A DNA stretch of 64,000 nucleotides, from assembly GCF_006345805.1 (NCBI RefSeq), contig NC_043009.1:22630001-22694000 (forward strand). The letters run 5' to 3'. Under the pieces are notes generated by a model. The model saw only the letters and a program-made list of their open reading frames with translations, did not search any database and was not told the DNA's origin. This DNA comes from Octopus sinensis. Its lineage: Eukaryota. Shown in pieces: positions 11,610 through 25,258 of the stretch. The first letter of the stretch is position 1. Every line of letters begins with the position of its first letter. A program made the translations under genes and the position numbers.

Positions 11610-12989
11610 TCTTTCAGTTTCTATCTACCAAATTCACTCACAAAGCTTTGGTTAGCCCAGGGCTATTGCAGAAGACACTAACTCAAGGTGCCACACAATG
11701 GAACTCAACCCAGCACCATCATCAAAAGGATTAACACATTCTAAGATAATCCATTAAAACAAAAAGAAAGAGAGGGAAAGGACTTTCAGCTATTACCTCA
11801 GAATCTCTAGGATGGTGAAAACTGGATATCACAATCATCATTATCATCATCATTTAACACCCAATTTCCATGTTGGCATGGGTTTGGACAGTTTGATAGG
11901 AACAGGCAAGTCAGAAGACCACAGCAAGTTCTGCTGTCCATTTTGGCATGGTTTCTACAGCTGAATGCCCTGCCTAATGCCAAACACTTTGCAGAGTGTA
12001 CTGGATACTTTTTACATGCCACCAACAGCAGATATAGAAACAATAAAGATTCACTCCTTCAAAGTTTTGCTAGCCCTTTCATTTACATATTTCTGTTGAT
12101 ATACCATGCTTTTTTCCAAATAATAAAGAATTTAGCAAAATAATTTTGTCATTATTAAGCTGGTGTTTCAAATATAGATTAACGTGAAATTATAAGGGAG
12201 AGTTTTAATTTGGATAATTTGGAAATGGGAAAATTTGTATCATGGAACTAAAGGCAGTCTCAGGTGGGTTGGTATTAAAAGGATTAAAACATAACTTGGT
12301 CATACCGTTTTATCTTTTACTTGTTTCAGTCATTAGACTAGGGCTATGCTGGGGCACTGCTCAGATCAATCCCAGTATTTATTTTCCAAAATCTGGTACT
12401 TTTCCGATAATTCTCTTTGCTAAACGAAGTTAAAGGGACATAAACAAACCAACAGTGGATGTCAAATGGTGGTGGTGGGACCAAATACAAAGACACACAC
12501 ACACACAGAGTTTTCATCTACCAAATTCATTCTCAAAGCATTGGTTGACCTGGGACTGTAGTAAAAGATACCTGCCCAAGGTGCCAAGCAGTGGAACTGA
12601 ACCCAAAACTACAAGGTTGCAAAGTGAGCTTCTTAACCATGCATCCATGCCAGACAATACATTTTAAAAACAATTTTTCTTTTAACTCTTTACTGATTGT
12701 AGTGGTGGTGGTGATGGCGGTGGTGGTAGTGATGTTTATAATGTTGTCATAGTTGGTAATCATGATGATGGAGAAGGTTTTGGGAGTGGTGACAGTAGCG
12801 TATAATAGTGGCGGTGGTGATAGTACTGTGGATGTTGTAACCTGGTTAGAGAGACTGATGAATATCACAATGATAATGGTGGAACTTCTGTCTTGAGGGG
12901 AGTGACGACAATGGGTGGTGGTGGTGGTGGCAGTAGCAATGGAACAAATACATGTGGCGCAGGGTAGGGGGAGAAGAAATCTAGTTTAA

Positions 12990-13330
12990 GGGTGGCTGTA
13001 GGAGTAGATATTGGCATAAAAGCAGTAATAGTTGCAGCAGCAGCAACAACAGTTGTAGTAGTAGTAGTAGCAGCAGCAGCAGTAACAATAGTAGTAGTAG
13101 TAGTAGTAGCAGCAGCAGCAGCAATAGCAGTAGTAGTTGTAGTAGCAACAGTAGTAGTAGTAGTAGTAGCAGCAGCAGCAACAACAGCAATAGTAGTAAT
13201 AGTAGTAGCAGCAGCAGCAATAGTAATAGTAGTAGCATGTGTTTAGCACATAAATTTTGACAAGAAAGTTTTAAAACAACCAAAACAAACCCAACAACAA
13301 CAACAACAATAATAAACAACAATAAGAAGC
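12990..13330. repeat. Compound (GTA)n/(GCA)n/(CAA)n microsatellite
   Basis: Direct reading. It is the source of the poly-L/V/C/Y pseudo-ORFs. Confidence 0.95.
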
Positions 13331-14631
13331 TGAGGTTTTAGGTTAATTGAAACATATAAACTTTAAAGTAATGGCTGTAGTGGTCGGAGGGGGGGGGCAG
13401 GATTGATGTTATTTTATTTTATATCTTGACATGGGGGTGGGTGGGTGTGTGGGCGGAAGGATTGATATTACAGAATGAAGAACATAAGCTCTTTCTACTA
13501 CTACTATTACAATTACTACTACCACTACCATTCCTGCAACTGATACTACTACTACCATTACCACCACAATCCCTTCCCCTCACCAATTCTACAACTACCA
13601 CTACTACTATTACTCTCGCCACCACAACCCCCTCCATTGCATTGCTGCTGCTGCTAGTACTAATGATGATGTTGTACTTCCCCCCACCCTTGTAATTGTT
13701 ACTGCTACTATCACCACCCATTACCATTCCTGCAAATTCTACTACTACTACTACTACTACAACAATGACCACTACAACCAACCTTACAACTGCTACTACT
13801 ATCACCCTCACTGCCAAGACTCCTGCAACTGCTGCTACTACTACTATCAGTCATTGCCTTACCACCACCGCCACCACCACCACCCACCTTCATGGTGTTA
13901 CAATTTCTCCTCTGTTACTCTGAGTCTTTGCACTGTCGTTTCTATCACCACTGCACTAAATTCTCCCCCCCCCCCCTGCGCCACTCCCACTTCCAGAAAC
14001 ATGCCAATGAGAGCACAAGGGGTAAGACAGTTCCTGGGACTTTTGTGCAGGTCACACTCCCAAGCCGATGGGATTAATGCTACTGACATTTAGTTTGAAC
14101 ATGTCACAGGTTGGAATCTGAAGGGGGAAAAACTGAGCAGAAAGAGAACTTTGTCCAGAAAAATGCCGTTTTTTTGCAGCAGAATGAAACATTGGGCCCA
14201 GAGTTTAGTATGAAAATCTGGAACAGAGCTTCCTCAACCGCTGTTTTACCTGTGGACCTTGTTTTCTATTTTATTCTACCGGACCCTCATATCCATTTGA
14301 TACGCTTTTATTCCTTTACTTGTTTCAGTCATTTGACTGTGGCCATGCTGGAGCACCGCCTTAAAGGTTTTTAGTTGAAGAAATCAACCCCAAGAGTTGC
14401 TCTTTGTAAGCCTAGTATTTGTTCTATTGGTCTATTTTGCTGAACAGCTAAGTCACAGGGGATGTAAACACACCAACATTGGTTATCAGGTGATGATGGG
14501 GGGACAAAAAGACAGACAATCTATGAGAGTAACCCCACACGTACAGACAGACACCATTATACATCTATGTATATAGATTTGGTAGATGGAAGCTGAAAGA
14601 AGCTCCTTTTTTTATGTGTATGTGTGTATAT

Positions 14632-14665
<34 letters not shown>

Positions 14666-15632
14666 TCCAAATAAGAAAAGGAAATATTTTAACACATCTT
14701 TAATAATCAATTATAATTGTTTCTCTACTAACTGTGCTTGTAACACCAGTTTGTGGAAAATTTCTAAGTGAAAATTCATGTAATATTGGTGGGTTAAGAC
14801 ATTAGAGTGACACTTCATCAGACTTGCATCAAAGGTGTGCCCCACATCATGTCACTTCCAGACAGTGTCTTTTTTTAGCTCATATTGGGAGAAAACAAAA
14901 AGTAAATAAAAGTATGGTTAGGGAATGAATAATCAGTATAACGAACCGTGTTGACAGCCCAGTACTAGGGTTGATTGCATTATTGGAATTACCCTATGTT
15001 TATACCTAACCAGGACTTTCCTATATACATATGTGTGTGTGTGTGTGTCTGTGTTTGTCCACCATCACTGCTTGAAAACTGGTGATGGTTTGCTTACACC
15101 TCTGTGACTTAGCAGTCACTAAAGAGAGAACTACAGAATAAGTACCAAGGTTAGAGAAAAGTGCTACGGTCAATTTGTTCAAATAAACCCTTCAAGGTGG
15201 TGCCCCAGCATAGCCACAGTCTAATGACTAAAACAAGTAAAAAATTGATATATATATAATTTTTTTGTATGGTAAGAAGCTTACTTTCCAACCATATAGT
15301 TCCAGGTTCAGTCCCACTGTGTGGCACCTTGGGCAGGTGCCTTCTACTATAGTTTTGGGCTGACCAAAGCCTTGTGAGTGGAATTGGTAGACGGAAACTG
15401 TAAAAAGCCCATTGTTTAAATGTAGGCGTGCGTTTTTGTCTCTGTGTCTGAGTTTGTCTCCCCCATCACTGCTTGATGTGTTTACGTCCCCATGACTTAG
15501 TGGTTCGGCAAAAGAAACTGTTAGAATAAGTACTAGGCTTATAAAAAAATTCCTGGGGTCAATTTGCTCGACTAAAATCCTTGAAGGCTGTGCTCCAGCA
15601 TGGCTGCTGAAACAAAAGAAAATATATATATA

Positions 15633-15701
<69 letters not shown>

Positions 15702-15731
15702 GCGAGAAAGAAGCAACAAGAATGGATAGGT

Positions 15732-15822
15732 TTTTAGTACAATCGTTTCATACAAGGACAGGCTTTATTAAATGTTGCAAAAATTACAGCATATAAACGT
15801 GTCCCGTACTCATCAGCTAAAA
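15732..15822 (-). ncRNA. Type I hammerhead ribozyme motif (inverted copy)
   Basis: Exact reverse complement of 16063-16153. Confidence 0.7.
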
Positions 15823-16062
15823 TACATGTGAGTTCTCTAGACATCCTAGTGGTTGAGGCTATACTCATGAAGTAATGTAGATAATTAAGTAACATAAACA
15901 GATTTCCAAAGTTCATTAAAGTTCTTTAAAGATGATGTACAGTCTTATCACAGAATTTTAAAAAAGTTTTAATAGCATCACAGAGAAGGTGACCTAATCC
16001 ATAGTGCACATATGAATTTCCAGAGATATGAGGAGGGATTACATACTCACAGACGACATGTA

Positions 16063-16153
16063 TTTTAGCTGATGAGTACGGGACACGTTTATATGCTGTA
16101 ATTTTTGCAACATTTAATAAAGCCTGTCCTTGTATGAAACGATTGTACTAAAA
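16063..16153 (+). ncRNA. Type I hammerhead ribozyme motif with extended stem II
   Basis: TTTTAG-CTGATGA-[60-nt stem II domain closed by GTACGGGACA/TGTCCTTGTAT]-GAAA-CGATTG-TA^-CTAAAA. Stem I is 6 bp and the predicted cleavage is GUA^ after 16147. Confidence 0.7.
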
Positions 16154-16302
16154 ACCTATCCATTCTTGTTGCTTCTTTCTCGCTTATAATCACCCCACAT
16201 TACTGTATTGTTAAAACAGTATAGTTTTTTTTGGTGCATCTAAGTTAGGTACCATATTCAAGTAAATTCATTTAAATTAACTTGAATCTTTATTGCTTTT
16301 TG

Positions 16303-16823
16303 TATATATATATATATATAAAACTGTACTTGTGTGAGTGTCTGTCCCCTTCGATTTAGATTCCTAACTACTCCCACATTTTGCGGTGCAGTTTAACCAA
16401 AACTGGGTATCTTATAGTCGTGATTCATATCGAGCCCGTCTGAGTATTAGCGCGCGTCTACGATGAGTCTACGATTTTAAAAATAATTTAACATCATTTT
16501 TTATTCCATTTTAATGCATAATTTTTCGTGTGTCGATGGCGGCGGAGTTGGCGTCCATGGTCACACCTGCACCTGTGTTGCTTCTCCCCCTTCTTCCCTC
16601 CCTTGGTGAAGCTGTGGGGAAAGGAGTGTAAGCAAATCAACGTCGTAAAGCGTTGTCAAGGAGACCAGCGTTCTTTTAGAACAACAACTTCATGGCTTGA
16701 AGACACCAAAACAGAAATGGCTAAGAAAGCCCGAATTGGCATCTATAAGGGAAGTAACTCTCTAAAAATGCTTATATAGTTATTTCCCTTACAAACCCGA
16801 GCAACGCCGGGCGATACTGCTAG
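16303..16823 (+). mobile_element. Non-autonomous Helitron
   Basis: Starts (TA)n-AAAACTG. Ends with hairpin CCCG-AGCAACGC-CGGG (16796-16811) followed by CTAG|T. Confidence 0.75.
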
Positions 16824-16825
16824 TA

Positions 16826-18737
16826 TATATATAAAACTGAAATGCGTTTCGACTGCTTGGATTGCTTTCAAGGCCACTACATCCCGTCAGATTCACTCCA
16901 AAATTTACAGGGACATGTAAAATGAGGTGATGATGCCCGTGGGCTACGTTAGAAATCCCTATCTTAAAAGGTGTCGGTGCTAGGGCCAAAAACCCACTTT
17001 GACAAGTCCACTTCGATTCTTTTACGTATCTGTCTTCCTCAACTCACTCACGCTATTTCCTCCCTTCCCCTCTAACTCCCCTTCACTTTCCCTTTATAAC
17101 ACAGCGTTCTTTATCTCGCTGTCTGCATTCATAGAGACAATTATCATCGCCACCACCAACACACATTCATGAGAATAAATATAATGAATCAGATATTTAT
17201 TGCGTTCATTTATATATGTGTGTGTGTTCTATATATAAATATGTATATATAATGTATATATACAAAGTATATATATCTCTATTTATGTATATTAAACTTT
17301 TTAATACTTTTTGATAGTTATATATATTTTTAAACAAATTATAAATATAATTTAATAATTTTTATTTTAAATTTAAATAATTAAAATTTTTCAATTTTAT
17401 ATTTTCTATATTATATTTTTATTTTTTGGTTTTTCACTGTTTGATTTGCCTATTAGTGGTTTTATCTCTAATTTAATTTATACATATATATATATATAAT
17501 TTGTATACATTTGTATATATAATGCGTACACACACACACATATATATATATAATGTGTGCATTATGTGGTCGGTCGGTTCAGCTGAAAATATGCACACCT
17601 ATGTTAAAAGTGCTGGCAAGTTTGCATGACAACTATTTTTTTCCTCAAATAAAAGGCGTGACCTATAGGACAAAATTCCTCATCTTATAAAATGTGGCCC
17701 CAGTAGACCCAAATGAAATCGGGTTATATTAACCAAAATGTGAAAAGGGGTCTAAATGGGGCTGGAAGGGGATTAAAATTTAAAGGAGCAAGTGTTTAGG
17801 AATTCTCTGTTACATCAAGCTAAAAAATTTGCACCAGCCTTTTAATCGTCAATGTCTTGCCATCCATGATGAAGAAGTTTTGAATGCTTGCCATGGTGAG
17901 TCTACTGTCGTGAGAAAGAATCACTTCAAAACTTGGTGTTTACGAATTTTTTTTTACATCAAGTTCAAAATTTTACGCCAGCTGTTAAACTGTCAATACG
18001 TTGCTGTCCGTCGTTAAGAAATGCCAGCCATGGTGACTCTACTATCCTCAGATTCTATCCCTTCAAACTTTGGTTTCAAATATTTTATTATTTTTATTCA
18101 GCTCGCAAGTTCGTCTGTCCCTTTTAAATGTTAGTGCTTTGCTGTCTGCCTTGAAGCAAACCTTTCCATTATCACTGCCTGATATTTATGATTGATCTTT
18201 CAAAATAATTACTTTCTTAACTTACTCAAGATCTTTTGTTGTTTATAAATGGGAGATAGATAGATAGAGAAAGATAGAGAGTAAGAGAAAGCGAGGGAGA
18301 GCCAGAGAGAAAGGAAGAGTAAGAGAGTGGGAAAGTGAGAGAGAAACAAAGAGGGAGAATCATCATCATCATCATCGTTTAACGTCCGTTTTCCGTGCTA
18401 GTACGGGTTGGACAGTTTGACCGGGGTCTGGGAAGCCAGGAGGCTGCACCAGGCTCCAGTCTGATCTGGCAGTGTTTCTACAGGTGGATGCCTTTCCTAA
18501 TGCCAACCACTCTGTGAGTGTAGTGGGTGCTTTTTTCGTGCCGCCGGCACAGGTGCCAGGGGGGCTGGCAGCGGCCACGATCGGTTGGTGCTTTTTACGT
18601 GCCACTGGCACAGAAGCCAGTCAAGGCGGCGCTGGAATCGGCCACGTTCGGATTGTGCTTTTTTCGTGCTGAAAGGAAGCAACAGAAAGTAACAACCACA
18701 CTCTTACCCGCGCGTAGAGCGGGTCACCTTCAGCTAG
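16826..18737 (+). mobile_element. Second non-autonomous Helitron in tandem, with nested inserts
   Basis: Same (TA)n-AAAACTG start. 3' hairpin ACCCGC-GCGTAGA-GCGGGT (18706-18724) followed by CTAG|T. Pairing this start with this end is inferred. Confidence 0.6.
18360..18660 (-). mobile_element. RTE 3' UTR fragment nested in the second Helitron
   Basis: (GAT)n tail and conserved UTR sequence. Confidence 0.7.
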
Positions 18738-18778
<41 letters not shown>

Positions 18779-18784
<6 letters not shown>

Positions 18785-18926
18785 TAAGTAGCTTGCTAAC
18801 CAACCACATGGTTCCGGGTTCAGTCCCACAGCATGGCATCTTGGGCAAGTGTCTTCTGCTATAGCCCCGGGCCGACCAAAGCCTTGTGAGTGGATTTGGT
18901 AGACGGAAACTGAAAGAAGCCTGTCG

Positions 18927-18967
<41 letters not shown>

Positions 18968-19150
18968 GTGTGTGTGTGTTTGTGTTTGTCCCCCTAGCAT
19001 TGCTTGACAACTGATGCTGGTGTGTTTACGTCCCCATCACTTAGCGGTTCGGCAAAAGAGACCGATAGAATAAGTCCCGGGGTCGATTTGCTCGACTAAA
19101 GGCGGTGCTCCAGTATGGCTGCAGTCAAATGACTGAAACAAGTAAAAGAG
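18779..19150 (+). mobile_element. Family A SINE
   Basis: Head, linker and tail match 4467-4831. Confidence 0.8.
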
Positions 19151-19374
19151 TAGAAAAAAAAAAGAAGAGTATATAAAATAAGGATAACTAAGTGAGGCAA
19201 GTCGATATACAAAGAATATCAAATAATTTTTTTTATTCTATTAAATGTATTTAATATTTTTTGTTTATTTACTTGCCTAACTTTCTTATCCTTACATTTA
19301 CTCCTCTGCCAGCTGAAGTTTAAATCTCTTGAGCACTATGAAGTGTATTCTATACAGAGAATATCTGTCTCTCA

Positions 19375-19422
<48 letters not shown>

Positions 19423-19455
19423 CTCTCTCTCTCTATATATATATATATACACATA

Positions 19456-19599
<144 letters not shown>

Positions 19600-21231
19600 T
19601 GCAAATAGTACACATATGTATATAGGAATAAATTTAGCAGTAGGATCCAAGGAAAATAGTGATGGTCTGTGTCAGCAATTAGCAAGCATAAACAGTTCAA
19701 AAGGGGAATAAATTGGTTTTGCTGTGAGGAAGGGGATAAACCTTAATCTCTCAGGCAGTATTCTTTGTCGGAGAGTGATGTTTTCTGTTGGTAGCTGCCG
19801 GTAAACCAATTTACTCCACTTTTGAATCAATATATAAACAGCCAGACTCATCATCATCATCATCATCATCATTTTATGTACACTTTCTGTGCTGGAAAAG
19901 GGTGGATGTGTTATCAAGGTCCGAGTCACCTCCCTCTGGGAGATACCAGTGCTCTTAAAGACTTGTGCTTGTATATCTCGCTTGGCTAGGTTTCTACAGC
20001 TGAATGCCCTTCATTTTGATAAGTCCCTAAAGAGAGTTCTGGATGTATTTCCATGTGGCAGGGATTGAACGGTCCTTGACAAGGCAGGACTAGAGGGACC
20101 TCATAACACTCCATTTTCTCTGCTCATTCAGTGAAAACTTTACAGCAGTGATTCTCAATTTTCGTCCAAATGACCCCTGGGGGCCTACATAAGATTTTGT
20201 TAAAATTTATGTGAAATATATTGTTTATACTTCTACAATACACAAAATATTTTAATCATTTTTATACAATTCCCAAAGATATTTAATTAAGAAAATATAA
20301 TAGGATTTTTAAAACTGTTTAGCATTTAAGATTGCTCTGTCAAATGTAATGGTTATTTACTCTTTTACTTGTTTCAGTCATTTGACTGTGGCCATGCTGG
20401 AGTACCGCCTTTAGTTGAGCAAATCGACCCCAGGACTTATTCTTTGTAAGCCTAGTACTTATTCTATCGGTTGTCAAGTGATGTTGGGAAGACAAACACA
20501 GACACACACACACATATATATATACGATGGGCTTCTTTCAGTTTCCGTCTACCAAATCCACTCACAAGGCTTTGGTTGGCCCAATGCTATAGTAGAACAC
20601 ACTTGCCCAAGGTGCCATGCAGTGGGACTGAACCCGGAACCATGTGGTTCGTAAGCAAGCTACATACCACACAAAGTACTCGTGTATTCTCACAGCTGTG
20701 AAATTTCAATGATGTGATCTGTCCATTTTGAACATAAAACAGGTTGAATATTTTGGCTGGATATGGCCAGTTTAAATGCTAAAGGGTTAAACACAAAATG
20801 CTAATGAAGATCCATCCAAGTAAAATAAGAATCAAAGGAGCCCACAGGTAAACAACGGTCAGGAACCACTGCTTTACAATGTGAACAATAGGTGAGGTGG
20901 ATGGGGCAAATCTTATACACAGGTAATGCAAATTTTCAGGGCACTCAGTGAGGTAGAAAATAAAGTACCAGAAATGGATATTTTAGAGGGCTGTGATAGG
21001 GGTATACACATAGGTGTAGAGACCCCATCTATGCTGAAATTGAGATTTGTTGGTTTTCAGACTAGCAATGATACCCCTGTTGAGATATAATAACTCCAAA
21101 ATTGTGTAGGGCTATGTACATTGTCAAATAGAATTAAAGGAGTTGTTTGAATGAGTAGTTATATGGTGTAGCTGAGTAGAAAACTCAGTTAGCTTCAGTT
21201 GAACATGAAAGTTGCCAAATAATTTTTATGG

Positions 21232-21557
21232 GCACATGGCTCATTGCTTAGTGTCAGACTCCCAATCATGAGGTAGTGAGTTCAATAAGCGAACTAGGCT
21301 GACTGTTGTGATCTTGAGTGAGAAATTTCATTTCACATAGCTCCAGTCCACTCAGCTGTAGAAATGAGTTGCGATGTCACTAGCGCCAAGCAGTTTTGGT
21401 TGTTGCCTTTCCCTTGGATAACACTGGTGACATGGAGAAGAGGGGTATGGTATGCATGGGTGACTGCTGGTCTTCCATAAACAACCTTGCCTGGAATTGT
21501 GCCTTGGAGGGGAACTTTCTATATGCAATCCCATGGTCATTTATGACCGAAGGGAGT

Positions 21558-21560
<3 letters not shown>
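21232..21560 (+). mobile_element. tRNA-headed SINE-like repeat (family C)
   Basis: Homologous to 48327-48652, with a B-box-like GAGTTCAAT/GAGTTTGATTCC. Confidence 0.6.
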
Positions 21561-21591
<31 letters not shown>

Positions 21592-21593
<2 letters not shown>

Positions 21594-22226
21594 TCATTTA
21601 ACATCCGTTTTCCATGCTAGAATGGGTCTGGGAAGCCAGGAGGCTGCACCAGATTCCAGTCTGACCTGGCAGTGTTTCTACAGCTGGATGCTCTTCCTAA
21701 TGCCAACCATTCCATCAGTGTAGTGGATGCTTTTTATGTGCCACTGGCACAGGGGCCAGAGGAGGCTGGCAATGGCCACGATTGGTTGGTGTTTTTACGT
21801 GCCACTGGCACGGACACCAGTCAAGGCGGCCCTGGAAAAGCTCACGTTTGGATAGTGCTTTTTACGTGCCACTGACATGGGTATCACAACTACAATTTCC
21901 ATTTGATTTTTATTTTGATGTTGATGTACTTGACTCAATAGGTCTCCTCAAGCACAGCAGGTTGCCCTACAATCCAAGGTAAGCACAGCAGGCCATCCTG
22001 CGAGCCATGAACTCACTTCATTTGTCGGGTCTTCGCTGTTACAGCATATCTCCAGAGGTCTCGGTCTTTCGTCATTGCCTCTGTAAAGCCCAACATTCAA
22101 AGGTCATGCTTGACCACCTCATCTCATGTCTTACTGGGTCTACCTCTACCCCAAATTCCTTCAACTGTTTGGGAGTGGTACTTCTTCACACACCTTTCCT
22201 CATCCATCCGTAGTACATGACCATAC
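21592..22226 (-). mobile_element. 5'-truncated RTE LINE (ORF C-terminus plus 3' UTR)
   Basis: Encodes YGHVLRMDEERCVKK..GRGRPSKT, followed by the UTR and a short (GAT)n tail. Confidence 0.8.
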
Positions 22227-25200
22227 TTATATATATATATAGTGATTTTGTGTGTGTGTGTGTGTGTGAGTGTGTGTATATATATATATAATGTGATTGT
22301 GTGTATATATATATAAATATATAATGTTTCCTTCATCTGAACAATGCATGCATGGCAAAGTAGATATGACAATGATGAATACGCACATGTTTGTAAAAGT
22401 CTATTGAGCTACCAACCCTAAGTATTCCACAAGGGGCTTTTAAAGGATTAACTCGAGATTCATTGCACTGTGTAGATAAGAAACAGATTTTTACCATGGA
22501 CTGGAGGTATTGATCATCTAAGGTAACATTCATTCTACCACCATGATGATGATGATGATGGCAATAAAGACAAATGAACAAGAAGATGCTGAAGGAGATG
22601 ATGACAATCTTTAATTCTAATGATAGTGAAATCTGTCTGTGTGTCACACAACTTCTAGTTTGGCTTGCAACTACCTTCTTCTCTTGCTCGCTTCCTCTGT
22701 ACACACACTCACATATTTCTCAACATTTATCATAAAAGACATTAAGCTATCACTTTTGAAAATAATAAATTTCATCTTTTAAATAAGTTTATTACAAAAT
22801 CGAAAGAAAATAATGTATCTCGTTTCTTTAAATTTCTCTTAAGAATGCTTACAAATAATTATTCATTTCTTTTTGTTAATAAGACACAAGTGAGTTGTGC
22901 TGAAATTTTATGTAAACAAAAACAATTACAGCAAGGAAAACGTATATATATATATTAGCCATTCAAAAACACACAAAGATTCTTAAATTTATTTAAATCT
23001 TGCTGGTGACCAAGTCGCTGTTAATGTGATGGCAGTTTTGAGAATTCAGTTCTTTTTATTTTTTTAAATAAAAAATAAACTTCATCACAATTTCATTACA
23101 AGGAAACAAAAAAAAAAAAACAGAAAAAGAAAAGAAAAAATGAAAAACAAAGGGATGAGGGTTAAGTAGCAGAAGTGGAGGGAGCAACCGGTCACATACC
23201 CCAGAAAAAATGGCGTGCTCAGTTGTGCCCCATGGTCAGAAACGTGGTGGTGTTGCTGTGTAGAATGGCTAGTGATACTCACTACAGCAGCCACTCCACC
23301 TCACGGGGGCTCATTTCTCAGACAGGCCATATTATCCTGATTTTGTCAAAGAAATCAGAAGTGTAGGGTCTGAGAACAACTGAGGTCTTAAATGGTGACC
23401 AGCACAAACTGCTAGCAGCCCCTGCTCAGGCCCCTGTATATTTTTTTTTATTATTTATGTTCAACACTTTAGCATTTAAGCTGACCATATCCAGCCAAAA
23501 TAATCTACCTGTAATCATCTTCAAACTGGTCAGATCTGGCCTCTCACACTTACCCTACAATATTATTCTAAAGATAAACAATCACTTCATTGAAATCCCA
23601 AAGCTACAAAGAGGTAATGCATGACTAATTCATATCAATGTGAATAAAGAAGCATCACATTTGAAAGAGTAATCTGAACACTAAAGGGTTAAGCAAGTAT
23701 ATCAACTTTTGTGTGATTTTGAAAGGCCAATGTCTATCTTCCATGTTGCATCTGTTAGCAAGTTTCTCTGTATAATAAATCATTTTTTTTTTTACAATAC
23801 TGCTAGTGTTCACGCATGGTCTGTTATATGTTGCTCTCAGGAGAGTTGGGAATCCATTGAACAAAAACATTTTTTACCATTCAAAGTCAATTTACCATAT
23901 GAAGAGGCTTTCATAGCAACCCAATTTACAAAAAACGTTAAATTCATGAAAAATCTTGTCTACATAGACTTTGTTTGATTGTCAAAGTTTCCTTTCTGTG
24001 ATTTGTTATATATAAGGCTGTATATAGAATTAAAAACAGTTAAAAGCCAAAAATGTATTTTGGTCTATTAAATGTTTCATTTCAATATTGTTTTACCTTC
24101 TTTAATATAACTCTCTTAAATATATACTTATATTCTAATGAAATGCTGCGATACTTATTCCAAGTATAAGACAATGAGCCATGCACTTAGATGAAAAAAA
24201 AAACTTACTGTTATCTTGATTTTCTTTTCTTTAGTGGAGCCAATATAATATATATATTATAGCTATTTCATTGAAACCAAAAGAAATATGGAACTTCTTA
24301 CCTGAGAGGAAAAAAAGAAGCAGAAAAAAGATATATAATAAATAATATAAAAGTGTCTATAAAATATGGTAAATAATGGTTTAAATATATGGTAAGGAAT
24401 TGAAGGTAAGGAACTGGGATTAATTGTCATGGAAACTAGTTGGCTTGTCAGAAACTACAAGGATCTCTATTTTTTATCATTAATAATAAGAGGTTTTAGG
24501 GTAAAAAATGTTTCTTTTTTCTCTGCAGACATCGATATAATTCAGTAGATGTTTGAGTTGTGTATCAGGTACACCAATCTAGGGAATTTGGGTGCAAAGA
24601 AAACTATAGTTATTACCCACCCTTTACCCTAAACACAAAAGGGGGGGGGCTTTTGTAGGCATTCTTAAACTGATGTAACTGCTGTGGGTTCGTGAAAATA
24701 ATCTTGGTGCAGAGAGAACTTCAGATGGCCATGTTCTAGGACGGGGGGGGGGGGGGGTTAAGGATTTTGATGATATGCAGAGTGTGAGATGTTAAATAAA
24801 ATACACCCCCACCCACAAAAAAATCCATGAGGTGTATAAAAACAACAACTTAGAGTGTTAGTTCCAATATGTGGGAGAGAAAGAGAGCCAAAGAAAACTA
24901 TTTGTAGGTCACAGAAAAAAAGAAAATAAATATGCTAAGTTACGCAGGAAAAATTGCTCTATTGGAGATAGTATTCTTAAATTCTAGAGAATTGTATGTC
25001 TTTTTAGAATAATTATGCTAGTTTCTAGTGTTGTATGTGATGATTTGACAAGAAAAGGGTTGGCATAAGGAATAGTATTCTGTTGTAAAATGCTGCCTCA
25101 AAATCTTCTGTGCAACCGATGTAAAGAAAAGTAGACAAGATGTAGACATCAAAGCAAGGATGATGATGGTAACGAGGAGGATATTCCTTGTGAGTTGGAA

Positions 25201-25258
25201 AAGAACTTTGAAAAGTGTGAAAAACTGCTCCAAGAAGAAATGATAATAATAATAAATA

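Larger units (their letters stand above)
15702..16183. mobile_element. Penelope-like element remnant with 128-bp inverted arms (pLTR-like), each carrying a hammerhead
   Basis: Perfect inverted repeat 15702-15829 / 16056-16183. The spacer translates (+, 15831-15929) as SSLDILVVEAILMK*CR*LSNINRFPKFIKVL*, reminiscent of Penelope GIY-YIG C-termini (inference). Confidence 0.7.

Noticed and set aside
12981-13923. Long ORFs rich in poly-L/V/T/C/Y, and the many IYIYI/VCVC ORFs elsewhere
   Set aside because: They are translations of trinucleotide and (TA)n/(TG)n microsatellites, with no domain or splice support.
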